Shown here: positions 1-11,389 of the stretch, piece after piece
Numbering within the stretch: the first letter of the stretch is position 1
How the letters are laid out: the number at the start of each line of letters is the position of its first letter
Source of the DNA: Eledone cirrhosa
Lineage: Eukaryota
Direction of reading: 5' to 3'
DNA: 64,000 bases
NCBI GenBank assembly: GCA_964016885.1
Contig: OZ024741.1
Span: 283,154,001-283,218,000, forward strand
The notes under the pieces: model-generated
Told to the model about the DNA's origin: nothing
Seen by the model: only the letters and a program-made list of their open reading frames with translations
Database searches by the model: none
Made by a program: the position numbers and the translations under genes

Positions 1-49
1 TTATCATCATGATCATGATCATCATTATTATTATTATTATTATTGTTCT

Positions 50-530
50 TTGTCTTCACCCCTCGACCAGTCGAGCAATACAATCGCTGGAAACTCCACC
101 TTGGCTTTCTATAGAGGTTTAGTGGAGGGAAAGAGCAATGACGTCCTTGGGGAGACTCTAGGCGTCGATGAAAACCAACTAGCCAATCTCTTCGGGAGAA
201 CTTTCGGGCCGGGGCCCATGGACAACTTCCAGAAATCCCTGGCCTGGCTGTGCTACCGAGGAGCGTTGCCAGTTCGAGATAGACTCTACAGGCATGGAAG
301 TGCTGTCAGCCAAGCCTGTCCGAGATGCACACAGGGCGATGAAACCGTCCTGCACGCACTCGTCCAGTGTCCGAGCATTGCTGACTTGTGGGTTTATGCC
401 GAACACTTGCTGTCACATGTAGAACGGATCCAGCTATCAGCTGAGTCCATTGTGAAAACTGCTCCGCCGCCTTCCTTTAGCCGAGAAGGGCAGGCAGTTT
501 TTATCTGCCTGGTGGCCATGGTAAAAGAGA
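50..530 (+). mobile_element. Tx1/L1-type LINE fragment (ORF2 C-terminal zf-RVT region)
   Basis: FQKSLAWLCYRGALPV...CPRC...ETVLHALVQCP; nearly identical to copies at 30680-31140 and 34390-34775; starts after an (ATT)n tract. Confidence 0.85.
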
Positions 531-1125
531 GTGGAAAATGTGCCCTAATCAACATCAAGCTGCTACTGGCAGCCTCATATATTCAAGGCATATCAGAGGG
601 TCCTTGCTGTTCCCAGTATGCATGCCTTCTTGGGGTGTTCCAAAAAGGGGGCTGGGTTCTTTAAATATCCTTGGAAGCTCTTCAAGATAGTACCTAATGC
701 TCCTATGATGATGGGGAATACCTTTATCTCATGACGATTCCTTTTCAGTTCCCACATTAAATCTGGTACCAGTTAATTTTCTCTTTCTCCTTTTCTTGTA
801 CTCTTGTATCAAAGAAGCAAGCTACATCTACAATCAAGCACAATCTTTTTTCCTTGTCAAAAACCACCAGGTCAGGCCTTTTGTGTTCTAATGTGTGTCC
901 ATTTGTATCCTGAAATTGCACAGCACCTTCAAGTGGTCATTTTCTATTACCAACTCTGGCTTATGCTTATACCATTTCTCAGAATGAAGTAATTTGTTTT
1001 GTTTGCATAAATGCCAGTGAACCACTTTTCGTATGATTTCATGCCTTCATCCTTTATAGTGAGTCTGGGCTAGATTCTTACACTCAGATACGATGTGAGC
1101 CACAGTTTCCTCTCTGTCTCCACTT
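531..1125 (-). mobile_element. Dong/R4-type non-LTR retrotransposon 3' fragment (zinc knuckle + RLE endonuclease), degenerate
   Basis: Reverse complement resembles 35050-35660 (ETVAHIVSEC, NRPDLVV, DVA.P.D, IPIIIGALG). Confidence 0.8.
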
Positions 1126-1339
1126 TATGTAAATGAGCCATCAACAATAATAGATTATTTACAAATCTTATATAAGTAGATATATGCTTCTATGACCTCA
1201 ATAACTCAGGGGTTGTAAGCATCTGCTGATGAAGAAATAAGATTTTCTGAAATATTGATATGCAGTCCTTTCATACAAATATGAAGGTAACTGTGATATA
1301 ATCACAGTTTTAAATTATTTAACCACCCTAGTGTTGGTG

Positions 1340-1630
1340 ATTTACATGTTAAACATACCCACTGTAAACTGGTTGGAGATAGGAAGAGTATCCAGTCATA
1401 GAAATCTTTCCAAACAAAGGGTTGGGAGGACCCTCAGTTGTGTCAAAGGCATGACAACCTCTCCACTGCACTTGATAGAATGTGAAACTGCACATTAGTG
1501 CACAGGTCCCACGCCTGCCTGCAAGATCAGGGGTTCCACTTTAGTATGGAGTTGGTCTATATGCATAAGACCCATCAAAGCTTGCTATCAGGGTAAGCGG
1601 ATGTTAAAATGACAATGATGATGATTATGA
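1340..1630 (+). mobile_element. Old SINE/RTE-type 3' end
   Basis: Ends gcggatgttaaaatga..(GAT)n like the RTE tails elsewhere in the window. Confidence 0.5.
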
Positions 1631-1882
1631 TATATATATATATATATAATATTAAGGATACTATTTATGGTTATGTATATACTAAAACTTTTTATAGTTA
1701 TATATATTTTAAACCCTAAACAGTGAAGGTCATTAATTTATTACTACCTTATTACCAGTAAGATAAGTAGCTCAATGTAATAACATCAGTTGTTCTACAG
1801 AGCAGTTATATAGAATTCAATTATATGAAACAATTGTAAGTGAATAAATGTTTTGAACATAGCTTTGATTCTTGTGAATTCT

Positions 1883-1942
1883 CTATATATATATATTAAA
1901 AAATACATATATATATACATATATATATACATATATATATAC

Positions 1943-2007
<65 letters not shown>

Positions 2008-2016
2008 TATATACAC

Positions 2017-2065
<49 letters not shown>

Positions 2066-2067
2066 AT

Positions 2068-2119
<52 letters not shown>

Positions 2120-2160
2120 CATATATTTATATATATATTATATATATATATATATATATA
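1883..2160. repeat. (TA)n/(TACATA)n microsatellite
   Basis: Direct reading. Confidence 0.95.
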
Positions 2161-2193
2161 GTTAAAAGAATAGAGGTGTAACACACAAGTTAT

Positions 2194-2572
2194 TATATAT
2201 TGGTAAACGGAATAGAAAATGCTGACAAATTGTTCACAGTTGAAAAATGGTTTAATTAGGAATAAAAGAGTATTAGTAATTGTATGGGTTAGTATTCAGT
2301 TGTGGTTTTAAGTTTTTACCGGTTGCGCATTTCTAAATGCTTTTCAAAAATAATTTTGAGATAGAGTGTCCGTGTTGTTTGCTCTGATCAGAGCAAACAA
2401 ACACGGACACTCTATCTCAAAATTATTTTTGAAAAGCATTTAGAAATGCGCAACCGGTAAAAACTTAAAACCACAACTGAATACTAACCCATACAATTAC
2501 TAATACTCTTTTATTCCTAATTAAACCATTTTTCAACTGTGAACAATTTGTCAGCATTTTCTATTCCGTTTA

Positions 2573-2582
<10 letters not shown>
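2194..2582. repeat. Near-perfect loopless palindrome, arms about 190 bp
   Basis: tggtaaacggaatag...gctctga|tcagagc...ctattccgtttacca; centre 2387/2388; one single-base indel seen. Confidence 0.95.
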
Positions 2583-2612
<30 letters not shown>

Positions 2613-2618
2613 TTTATA

Positions 2619-2696
<78 letters not shown>

Positions 2697-2699
2697 ATA

Positions 2700-2882
2700 A
2701 TAGTAAATTTGAAGACTAAAATCCAAAGAGGGCTCGATAAGGATAAATATATATCCAATATATAAGAACCCTAGAGCAAATATTTATTAAAATAACAGAT
2801 TAAAGTTTAAGCAAAGAATCGCTGCTTTCACCTTTAAATCGATTCTTTGCTTAAACTTTAATCTGTTATTTTAATAAATATA
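2700..2882. repeat. Putative Penelope-like terminal repeat with partial inverted copy
   Basis: Same sequence as 53816-54110 and 47065-47350; IR arms 2779-2821 / 2838-2881; flanked by (TA)n. Confidence 0.65.
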
Positions 2883-2887
2883 TATAT

Positions 2888-3250
2888 CATAATCATCATC
2901 ATTGTCGATTAATGTCTATCTTCCATGCTAGCATGGGTTAGACAGGTTTGTCCCATTTAGAGGCAAGTTGGGTCAGGTGACCATGTCTCGCTCATATAGG
3001 AAAGTTTCTGGCTGGTTTTCTATGGCTGGATGCCCTTCCTAACGCCAACCACATTTACAGTGTGTGCTAGGTGCTTTTTGTTGTGAAACCTACATGATCA
3101 CTTTACAGTGTGGGCTGGATGTTCTTTACAGTATGGACTAGGCACCGTTGTTGTATCATCGACACAACACAGTGGGGCCTGGGCACTTTTGTCTTGGGAC
3201 TGGGGAGGGTGGAGGGGCTTGGGGGGGAAAATGTGGACAGGGTAGTAGAG
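2888..3250 (-). mobile_element. RTE-type LINE 3' UTR
   Basis: (CAT)n tail, ccatgctagcatgggttagac and gctggatgcccttcctaacgccaacc shared with RTE 3' UTR at 20330-20515. Confidence 0.75.
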
Positions 3251-3422
3251 GTACGATTACCGCTGAGGGAGGTGAATGAGAAGAGATAGAAGGTTGAGGA
3301 AGGTGTTGCCTACTAGGTATAAGCCTTAACCTTGGAACAATAGAGGGTGGGTCTTCTGTAAAACTACATAGCGCCAGAGGTCGTAGTCATACATATATAT
3401 GTATAGTGACGCTTTTGCTGCA

Positions 3423-3573
3423 TTTTTGACTAAAGAAATTTTAGCTTGATAGTGGGGTTTAGAACCCTCTAAGAAATGGAAAAAGATGAGTAATGTACGT
3501 CAATACTCATCTTTTTCCATTTCTTAGAGGGTTCTAAACCCCACTATCAGGCTAAAATCTTTTTAGTAAAAAA
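3423..3573. repeat. Inverted repeat (arms about 70 bp); single-arm copy at 15281-15356
   Basis: gatagtggggtttagaaccctctaagaaatggaaaaagatgagta / tactcatctttttccatttcttagagggttctaaaccccactatc. Confidence 0.9.
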
Positions 3574-3661
3574 TACGGTGAAAGCTTCTATTTCTAATTT
3601 CAAACTCACTCACTGTTTCAAAACATACTTACTTATATATATATGTATAAACATACTTACT

Positions 3662-3702
<41 letters not shown>

Positions 3703-4292
3703 GTCGATTTGGAAGCCTCTACAATGCAGATGGGTAAATCTCTGGGTAACAAAATCAGGTGGCAGTAGAAAGAAGAAAGAGAAATGTAGAAAGAAACGTA
3801 AAAAGAGATGTAAAAAGGTGTAAAAAGAAAACCAGAGATAGAGTTACCTTGGAAGAGATTTAATGGACCCTATATTTTGGATTTCACATCCATCGACGGT
3901 GGGATGCAGTAGGGATCCGAAGGGAAATAGGTATGTCGAGGTCTCATATATATATATTGGATAAAGTTATATCTGTATAAATACAGAGTGTGTAACTGTG
4001 ACTCCACTAATGTGTATAAATATATATAGATATCTAATATGTAGGCATGTAAACAAGTTTCCCTGTAAATTGAAAAACTGATAACCATCTTTAATCGATT
4101 TTTGGATTTCATCAGCTGTGTATATCATCAAATCACCCACAAGGAAAGATGTATTTGAGGTGTAACAATTCACTCTTATTATTATTCTTAGTATTATTTT
4201 ATTATAATGTATGTGTGTATCAACCTTAACCTCATCATGATTGTTTAACATCTGTTCTCCCTGCTATATTATTTATATATCTTTTATCACAG

Positions 4293-4454
4293 ACTGCACC
4301 ACAGGTCAGAAATTTAAGGACTTGAGCAATTGTCAAAATTATTTTGTATGCTACAAGAGCACTTTTGATATTACAAAATATTCCTCATGCGCGCCAGAAT
4401 ATAAATTTGAGCAAAGCCAACAAACATGTGTTGCTGATAAAACATGCCATCCTG
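4293..4454 (+). CDS. Pif/LamG3-like gene, first visible exon: chitin-binding type-2 (ChtBD2/CBM14) domain
   Basis: Acceptor cttttatcacag, donor G|gtaagt; 162 nt, phase 1-1; encodes (D)CTTGQKFKDLSNCQNYFVCYKSTFDITKYSSCAPEYKFEQSQQTCVADKTCHP with the six-Cys ChtBD2 spacing (C..Y..C, C....F......C). Confidence 0.9.
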
Positions 4455-4481
4455 GTAAGTAACTATTATTACATTTACTAT

Positions 4482-4678
4482 GAGGTGGTGGATTGGCGGT
4501 ATTGGTAGAGGGTTGGATGCCATGCTTTGCAACATAGAGTTATGGGCCTTTATGATCTGAGTTCAAATCCTGCCGAGGTTATCTTTGCCTTTCATCCTTA
4601 CAGGGTCGATGAAATAAAGTACCAACAATGCACTAGGGTAATTGCTGGCCTTGTACCAAAAGTAGAAACAATTATTAC
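4482..4678 (+). mobile_element. tRNA-derived SINE family A (about 190 bp, (ATT)n tail)
   Basis: A-box-like tggcggtattggtagag, B-box gagttcaaatcc, conserved core tttgcctttcatccttacagggtcgat..aataaagtacc; more than 12 copies in window. Confidence 0.9.
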
Positions 4679-5691
4679 ATTTATTATATCTTTGTGAAAT
4701 CCTCAACTAGTTCCAGAGAAATATCAATCAAAATACATTGATACATGGACATTTAATAGTACAAATAAACTTTAATAGTACAAATTGTGAGTGTGAAGCT
4801 TGTAGTTAAATTATGTCAATGTCTTTAATGACGTTTTTGGTATGAGCTATTTTATTTACTTCAATGTATTTGGAAAATGCATGGATTTCATAATCACAGC
4901 CTACCATGTTATGATATCACTTTTTGGTGGGTATAAGTTGATCAAAACTGGTCAGTCAATTGACTGTTCATATATTAGTCAATTGAACTTAAGAAGGGTT
5001 AAATATTCACGTTTGCTGATTAAAAAAAAAGAAGAAACTTAATAGGTCTTTGAATGACTGACAAAATCATTCATTACATGAAAATAGATCAACACAACTT
5101 GTTAAATACATTACCTTTCATCCTAGTAACTACAAGTGTCAGTTGAAAAGTTAATAGGACAAAAAGTTCATAGGTTCACCAAGATACTCTCATAGAATAA
5201 TCAAATGAGGTTTATTTTTTAATTATAGTCCCTGGAAAGAAACAATGCAGTCATTAATAAGAAGAGTTGAAATTAATGCATGCAAGATTTCACAAGTCTA
5301 GTCTCACTTCTTCATAGGCAGCCTCTAAACAAGAAAATCGCAGGGATGAGAAATATAGAAGTGAAATGGTTCTTTTTTTTATGTATATTGCTAACCTGCA
5401 TGAGAAAGGTGTAAACATTAATAGAAATAAATAAACAATTACTTACCTGAAGATGGAAGGTGTTGCACTAAAGTTTTATGTCCTCATTGACCCAAGTTCA
5501 TCAAATTTGAATTCAGATTTGAAAGCTGTTTCATTTGACACATATTTCTAATGTCCATGAAGAATACATAGCTTTCATTGTTACTTTCTTCTCCACTATT
5601 TCTCTTTAGATGATAATGTAATATATGATGGAAGGAAGAAAATCAAAATTCTGGTATAGTTTCTTCAAACTGTATATTTACAGGTGATATA

Positions 5692-6032
5692 TGGAGGCAC
5701 ATGGCTTAGTGGTTAGAGCATTGGCCTTACAATCGAAAGGTTGTGAGTTCAATTCTCAGACCGGGTGATGTGTTGTTTCCTTGAGCAAGACACTTTATTT
5801 CACATTGCTCCAGTTTACTCAGCTGTAGAAATGAGATGATAGGGACTGGGTTCCCTATCATTCCACTGCAAAGTGGTTGTGGAGGTGCCACGGAAGAAAA
5901 GCACCCAACACTCACTGTAAATGAGGTTGGTGTTAGGAAGGGCATCCAGCTGTAGAAATCAAGCCAGAATCAGTTCCCGTCCCACCCTTGCAAGCAAGGA
6001 AAAAGTGGACATAAAATGATGATGATGATGAT
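5692..6032 (+). mobile_element. tRNA-derived SINE family B with RTE-derived tail
   Basis: tggcttagtggttagagc A box, gagttcaattc B box, CORE-like ccttgagcaagacactt, RTE 3' UTR sequence and (GAT)n tail; near-identical copy at 58684-59020. Confidence 0.88.
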
Positions 6033-6049
6033 TATTTCAATCTCTGGGC

Positions 6050-6241
6050 AGTGGATTGGCAGTATTGGTAGAGGGTCGGACACTACGCTTTGCAGCATAG
6101 AGTAACGCCCCTTTACAGTCTGAGTTTAAATCCTGCCGAGGTTTACTTTGCCTTTCATCCTTACAGGGTTGATAAAATAAAGCACCAGTAATGCACTGGG
6201 ATAATTCCTAGACCTTGTGCTAAAAATAGAAACAATTATTT
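6050..6241 (+). mobile_element. SINE family A
   Basis: Same sequence as 4482-4678. Confidence 0.9.
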
Positions 6242-6301
6242 CAATCTCTTCTTGAAGCTATTTCACTTTACTTAAGCTCCAAATGTTCTCAGAAAGTTTG
6301 T

Positions 6302-6376
6302 AAACGTTATATTTTCCCATATACCTTTTTGAAACTACAGTAGTTTAAAAGAAGTATATGGGAAAATATAACGTTT
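6302..6376. repeat. Short imperfect palindrome
   Basis: aaacgttatattttcccatatac...gtatatgggaaaatataacgttt, centred on actacagtagt. Confidence 0.85.
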
Positions 6377-6804
6377 GACTGTACACCTTATATACTAAAA
6401 AGTAAATCATATTATTTGATTTCTTGTTTTGGACTGAGATTAACTGTTCAATGATAGAGGAATAGCCAATTGATAATATGAAAGCAGGATAGCTTTTGTC
6501 TTAAAATAACAGTTCAGAGATCATGGTAGATTGAAGAATATAAATGAGACAAAGGGGACTATTAAATCATCTCAACATATTTGATGACAAAATTTATTTC
6601 AGTACTTAAAGGAAAGAGAAGACCCATCAGTTTTGTAATATTGCTGCTCCTGCTTACAGTGGTGATTAGCTAAAAAGGGTGAATCATTGAACATGTAGTG
6701 ATTTGGAAATTACACTATCCATTCACATAAATGCCTTTTTGAATTAGATATTGTGCACTTGTCAACGGATTCATTTGTTAATCATTATTGCACCATGACA
6801 GGAT

Positions 6805-6995
6805 CCTACTTATATAAAAAACATCTACACCTGATGTACCTTTCCATACACATGCACACATGTGTATATCATGACTCATGCACTGTTCATTTTCCTGACG
6901 TTTGTACATTATCCTATGTACTATACATACACTTTTTGATGAGTTGTAGTGCACCTGAGCACTGTACACAATATTTCATTATTATTATTATTATT
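6805..6995 (+). mobile_element. CR1-type LINE 3' UTR
   Basis: Nearly identical to 58058-58225, which follows a CR1 ORF2 C-terminus; (ATT)n tail. Confidence 0.8.
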
Positions 6996-6999
6996 GGAG

Positions 7000-7186
7000 T
7001 GGCAGTATCGGTAGAGGGTCGGACGCCATGCTTTCCAGCATAGTTACGTCCCTTTACGATCTGAGTTCAAATCCCGCTGAGGTTGACTTTGCCTTTCATC
7101 CTTACGGGGTCGATAAAATAAAGTACCAGTAATGCACTGGGTAATTGCTGGCCTTGTGCCTAAAGTAGAAACAATTATTATTATTA
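7000..7186 (+). mobile_element. SINE family A
   Basis: Same family consensus; inserted directly after the CR1 (ATT)n tail. Confidence 0.9.
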
Positions 7187-7254
7187 CAAAGTTTGAAAGT
7201 TGAAACGTAAAATTTATTCAGACCTGATTTGAATTCTATGTAAAGTTTAAGTCT

Positions 7255-7530
7255 AAAGTCTGTCCCAAGCCCATAGGATCATCAGGCTTATGCTTATCCC
7301 GGTTTCCATGACATTAAATGATTGAGAGTACAAAAGTCCTTCTTGGACAGTATATGAGTCCACTGCAGGGTTAAGCCCCTACCAAATGCTAGTACTCATT
7401 TTCACCTGAGTATAATGGAGAACATGAAATGAAGAGTTTTGTTCCAGAACACAACTCACAACATAGTTCAGGAATCGAAGCCATGACATGATGATCTTAA
7501 GTTCAACACCCTTACCACTAGGTTACACAC
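7255..7530 (-). mobile_element. Old tRNA-derived SINE (third family)
   Basis: Reverse complement has cctagtggtaagggtg A box and gcttcgattcc B box followed by a degenerate core. Confidence 0.6.
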
Positions 7531-7706
7531 CCCCACTATTCTATGTAAAGAGACTAATCAAAATACAGTAACACATTTAGTTTGATGCCTTACAATGTTT
7601 GAAGGCTCTTAGACCTATCTAACTATGCATTTGTTAATTGTTTGCTTAGATTTCTTATTTGTAAATATTTCTTATTTTTAGTTCTTTTCTTTTTCACATT
7701 TATCAG

Positions 7707-7835
7707 TCTGTCAATTGAAGAAAGCTAGTAATTCAAACCAATATTGGGAAATAGTAAGCGGAGTAAATACTTTGAAAACTTGCCCACTTGGATCCATATT
7801 CTCCTCTGATAAGTGTGGATGTGAAAAGACCACAG
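7707..7835 (+). CDS. Pif/LamG3-like gene, exon 2: 4-Cys CBD-like module
   Basis: Long polypyrimidine tract ending tatcag, donor G|gtaggt; 129 nt, phase 1-1; VCQLKKASNSNQYWEIVSGVNTLKTCPLGSIFSSDKCGCEKTT (CPxGxxF....CxC). Not in ORF track. Confidence 0.88.
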
Positions 7836-7957
7836 GTAGGTAAACAAATAACTATCGCACACAGATAGATAAATATATATACATACACACCGTACCTATA
7901 AATATAATTACATGTGCCCTCCTTCCCTCTTCCTTACTATATATATATATATATATA

Positions 7958-8205
7958 TACTTGGGGAGGGTCATATTGTTGTAACATTGTTATAATGATA
8001 TTGTCAGAAATAATAACAGAACACACTCACTGTTTGGTTGGTTTTCGCTTCTGCATCTTTTATATCTCCATAGTTAATTCATTTGGCCATCAATGTTTAT
8101 CACTGCCTGACCAACGGTCAAAAATACAGATATAAATACATATATATAGTCTAACAAAGTTCTTTCGTTGCACATCTGCAACATCATCAGTGGTACTATT
8201 ATCAT
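7958..8205 (-). mobile_element. 3' remnant of the CRE-type element seen at 54405-55175
   Basis: cttggggagggtcatatt...taataacagaacacactcactgtttggttggttttcgc...gttgcacatctgcaacatc shared with 54411-54655. Confidence 0.8.
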
Positions 8206-9193
8206 GTTTCCCCTACTGTATTGTATGTATTGTAATGTCTACGCCATTTTTATTTTATCTATTTATTTATTTATTTATTTTTGTCTTCGTCTCTGCGCAT
8301 GCGTTTGCATGTGTGTGTTTGCATTTGGGTGACTGTGTTTTGGTTATTGTATTCTATCTTAGCTTATTAGTGTGTGTTTATGTGTTTGTTGTTATTGTGC
8401 TTGTGTATATATTTATTTATTTATATTTCTCTTAAGTCAGTATTGTTTGTTTGGGTTCAACCAGGGGTAACCACAGTTAGTAAGATACTCAATACGTTAG
8501 TAGAGTGTAAACATCATGTTTAATATAAAAATGGTTTCTATATGACTAGAACTGTTTCATCCAAAAGAAATCTTCAGGAAAGCTGACTGTTCTTGTAAAA
8601 CTGTAATTGCACCTTCTCTATAAGGCTTCAAGATGATTTGACAGGTGTCAATAACACAGTGAGACCAAAAATTCTTTGGCCAGAGCCTGACAATTATCAG
8701 TCACTCATAAAACCTATTTGTATAGAACTCTTCAAATCTGTGGGTGTTTGTGTGCATGGGTACATGAATATGAATGTGAATGTGAACCTTGCCTTTTATC
8801 TGTGTCCTTGTATTATTGTGTATATATCTAAAAATAGTTTTTTCAAAGAAACCCTGTTCTATAAAATCCCTTGGCCAATGACCTCCACACATCTCCAGAA
8901 TCACCACCTTCCCTAATCACCAGAAAACATATAATTACAAGTTTTACAAGTACGGTCAGCTTTCCTGATGATTTCTTTTGAATGAAACAGTACTAGTCAT
9001 GCAGACGTCATTTCTATATTAAACATGATATATACATACATATATATATATAAGCAAAGGGATATTTAATTTTTTGGTAATTCAACAAATATATATATTT
9101 ATCCAGGTAACAAATATATATATTTATCCAGGTAAAACTTGAACTGTTAAGATCTCGTTCCTGGATATGTTAATATTTATAAAACAAACTTTG

Positions 9194-9254
9194 TATTTTA
9201 TCTGATGAGAGCGTACCAAAGTTTTGGTACCCTTGAAATATATATAATAGAATA
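9194..9254 (+). ncRNA. Minimal type I hammerhead ribozyme motif (Penelope-like element associated)
   Basis: Stem I tattttat/atagaata; core CTGATGA (9202-9208); stem II gag.gtacca/tggtac.ctt; GAAA (9235-9238); short stem III with palindromic atat loop; AUA cleavage triplet. Confidence 0.75.
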
Positions 9255-9324
9255 AATATGGTTTTATAAATATAGTTTCCATTTATTAATATCATTGATA
9301 TATATATATATAGATGGATAAATG

Positions 9325-9415
<91 letters not shown>
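9325..9415. repeat. (TA)n microsatellite
   Basis: Direct reading. Confidence 0.95.
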
Positions 9416-9419
<4 letters not shown>

Positions 9420-9955
9420 GAGGGTGTAAATATATGTAACCATACATAAAATCTTAACTATAATAAAAAAAGGAATGCGGGACTGTGTCCAGAATATATT
9501 TTTTTATCCCATTTGTAAAATAAATTGGATTACTTTGAATAAATAATGAATGAATGTTAGATAATTTATGTACTAAATTTCGTAACTCTTGATTAAATAT
9601 AAATAATTTTATTGCTTATTTAAAGATTAACTTCTTTAAAATTTTCAAATGTCAACACTTCCGGTTAGCACCGGTTATATTATAACACTTATAAAAACAT
9701 GGCATATATTTCTGTCACTAATTTTCTCCTAATGCAGTTTATATATAATATCGTCTTTTTTAAATATATCATGAATTACTTTACTGATTACAGAAGAGAG
9801 GGTAACACAGACTTCGTTCAATTTCTGTCATATTGTCAATTATGATTTTATTTGATGTATCATATCTACATGCATATATATTTGGTGGTTTTTCTGCTAG
9901 TGTGTATAATGCAATAAAATACAATTATGTAAACATAACATCTTAACATTATTTC

Positions 9956-10122
9956 AGGGTCAGACGCCATGCTTTGATGCATAAAGTTATGGCCCTTTCC
10001 ATTTTGAGTTCAAATCCCGCCAAAGTTAACTTTGCCTTTCATCCTTATGGGGTTGATAAAATAAAGTACCAGTAATGCACTGGATAATTGCTGGCCTTGT
10101 GCCAAAAGTAGAAACAATTATT
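9956..10122 (+). mobile_element. SINE family A, 5' truncated
   Basis: B box and conserved core present. Confidence 0.85.
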
Positions 10123-11389
10123 TCATATACATATCATCATCATCATCATCATCTTCGTTTAACGTCCATTTTCCACGCTAGCATGGGTTAGATATATGTA
10201 TGTTTTGTAGTTGCTGTAGTTGTGTGCATCCCAAGGCAATATTATGTAACCAGTAAAAAGAGACAAAGTGAAAGTAGAAGTGAGATTAAAGAATAGAAAC
10301 TGAAAACAAAATAAAAGAACAAAAAATTAAATAAATCTTGTTTAAAATGGTACATATTTTACATTTGATTATTTATTTAGGCAAGGTATCTAGGAAGATA
10401 GAGGTGTGTATAGGTGGAGTGGAAATAGGAAGAGAGAAAGAGAGAGAATTGTGAGTTAGATAAGATAAGGTAAAATAGGGTGAGATAAATAAAGTGAGCT
10501 GAAATGCCAGGAATAAGCACATAGCTGCAGATAAATTGAGATGCACCGATATTTGCCCAACTTGTCTGCACCATCTGTCCTAGACAAAAGACGCTCACTT
10601 GTTGCCCCATACGCATCTTTCCAGCAGCTTGTTCTGTGCTGTTATGCAGCCTGAACTCAATATCATGCTATGCCACCCTTATGCACAAAATTACATTGTT
10701 CATAGGTTGGCTGAAAAAGAAGTTGGACGCCTTTGTTCATTCATCCCATGTGTTTTTTTTTTCACATGCAATGATGCTATATATATCATCACCATCATTA
10801 CTTTTTAATTGCTGTCTCATTATGAGGCCAAACAGTTCAGGTGACTATGTTTTGCTCATATGCTTTATTTTTAGCTTGGTATTCCATGGCTGGATGCCCT
10901 TCCTAATGCCAACCAACTTACAGGGTTCACTGGGTGATTTTTTCATGATACCAACACTACAACCTTATATACATATATATATGGGTATATTATATATATA
11001 TATATATATAGTAGTCGTAGTAGTAGTAATAGGTAGGTAAAATATCCAAGGCATAGAACAACTCAAGTCCATAGGGGAAGTTTGAATATTACTAATGAAT
11101 ATGTGTGTATGTGTGTGCATGAGTATATTTGTGTGCATGTACGTTTCATTAGTCCTGAGGTCCAACTTGTTCAACCTGTGCCAATGAAAATAAACTGCTC
11201 TTCCCAACCAGCTTCAGAGAGTGGGATTGGTTCAGTGCACAGTCTTTCCTCACTTTAAAAAATATCTTCATGCACAGGCATTGCACGATAGAATTAATTA
11301 ATAATTATTAATAGTGGTATATCATGCAATGGCCATACTCGATAACGAGGGGGCAGCCATCATCATGTATGTATGCAGGAAGCACTATC

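Noticed and set aside
1795-2184. YIYI-rich ORFs here and at 12287-12768, 51309-53058
   Set aside because: Translations of (TA)n/(CA)n microsatellites; not coding
1130-4290. Additional upstream exons or start of the Pif-like gene
   Set aside because: No Cys-module or signal-peptide exon with good splice sites found; the 5' part probably lies upstream of the window
5440-5560. Strong minus-strand splice donor (CAG|gtaagt at about 5447) suggesting an antisense exon
   Set aside because: No convincing open frame or partner exons found; a single donor is expected by chance
5692-5765. tRNA-like sequence (also 58684-58750 and SINE-A heads)
   Set aside because: A/B boxes are present but there is no proper cloverleaf or acceptor stem, and it continues into a SINE body
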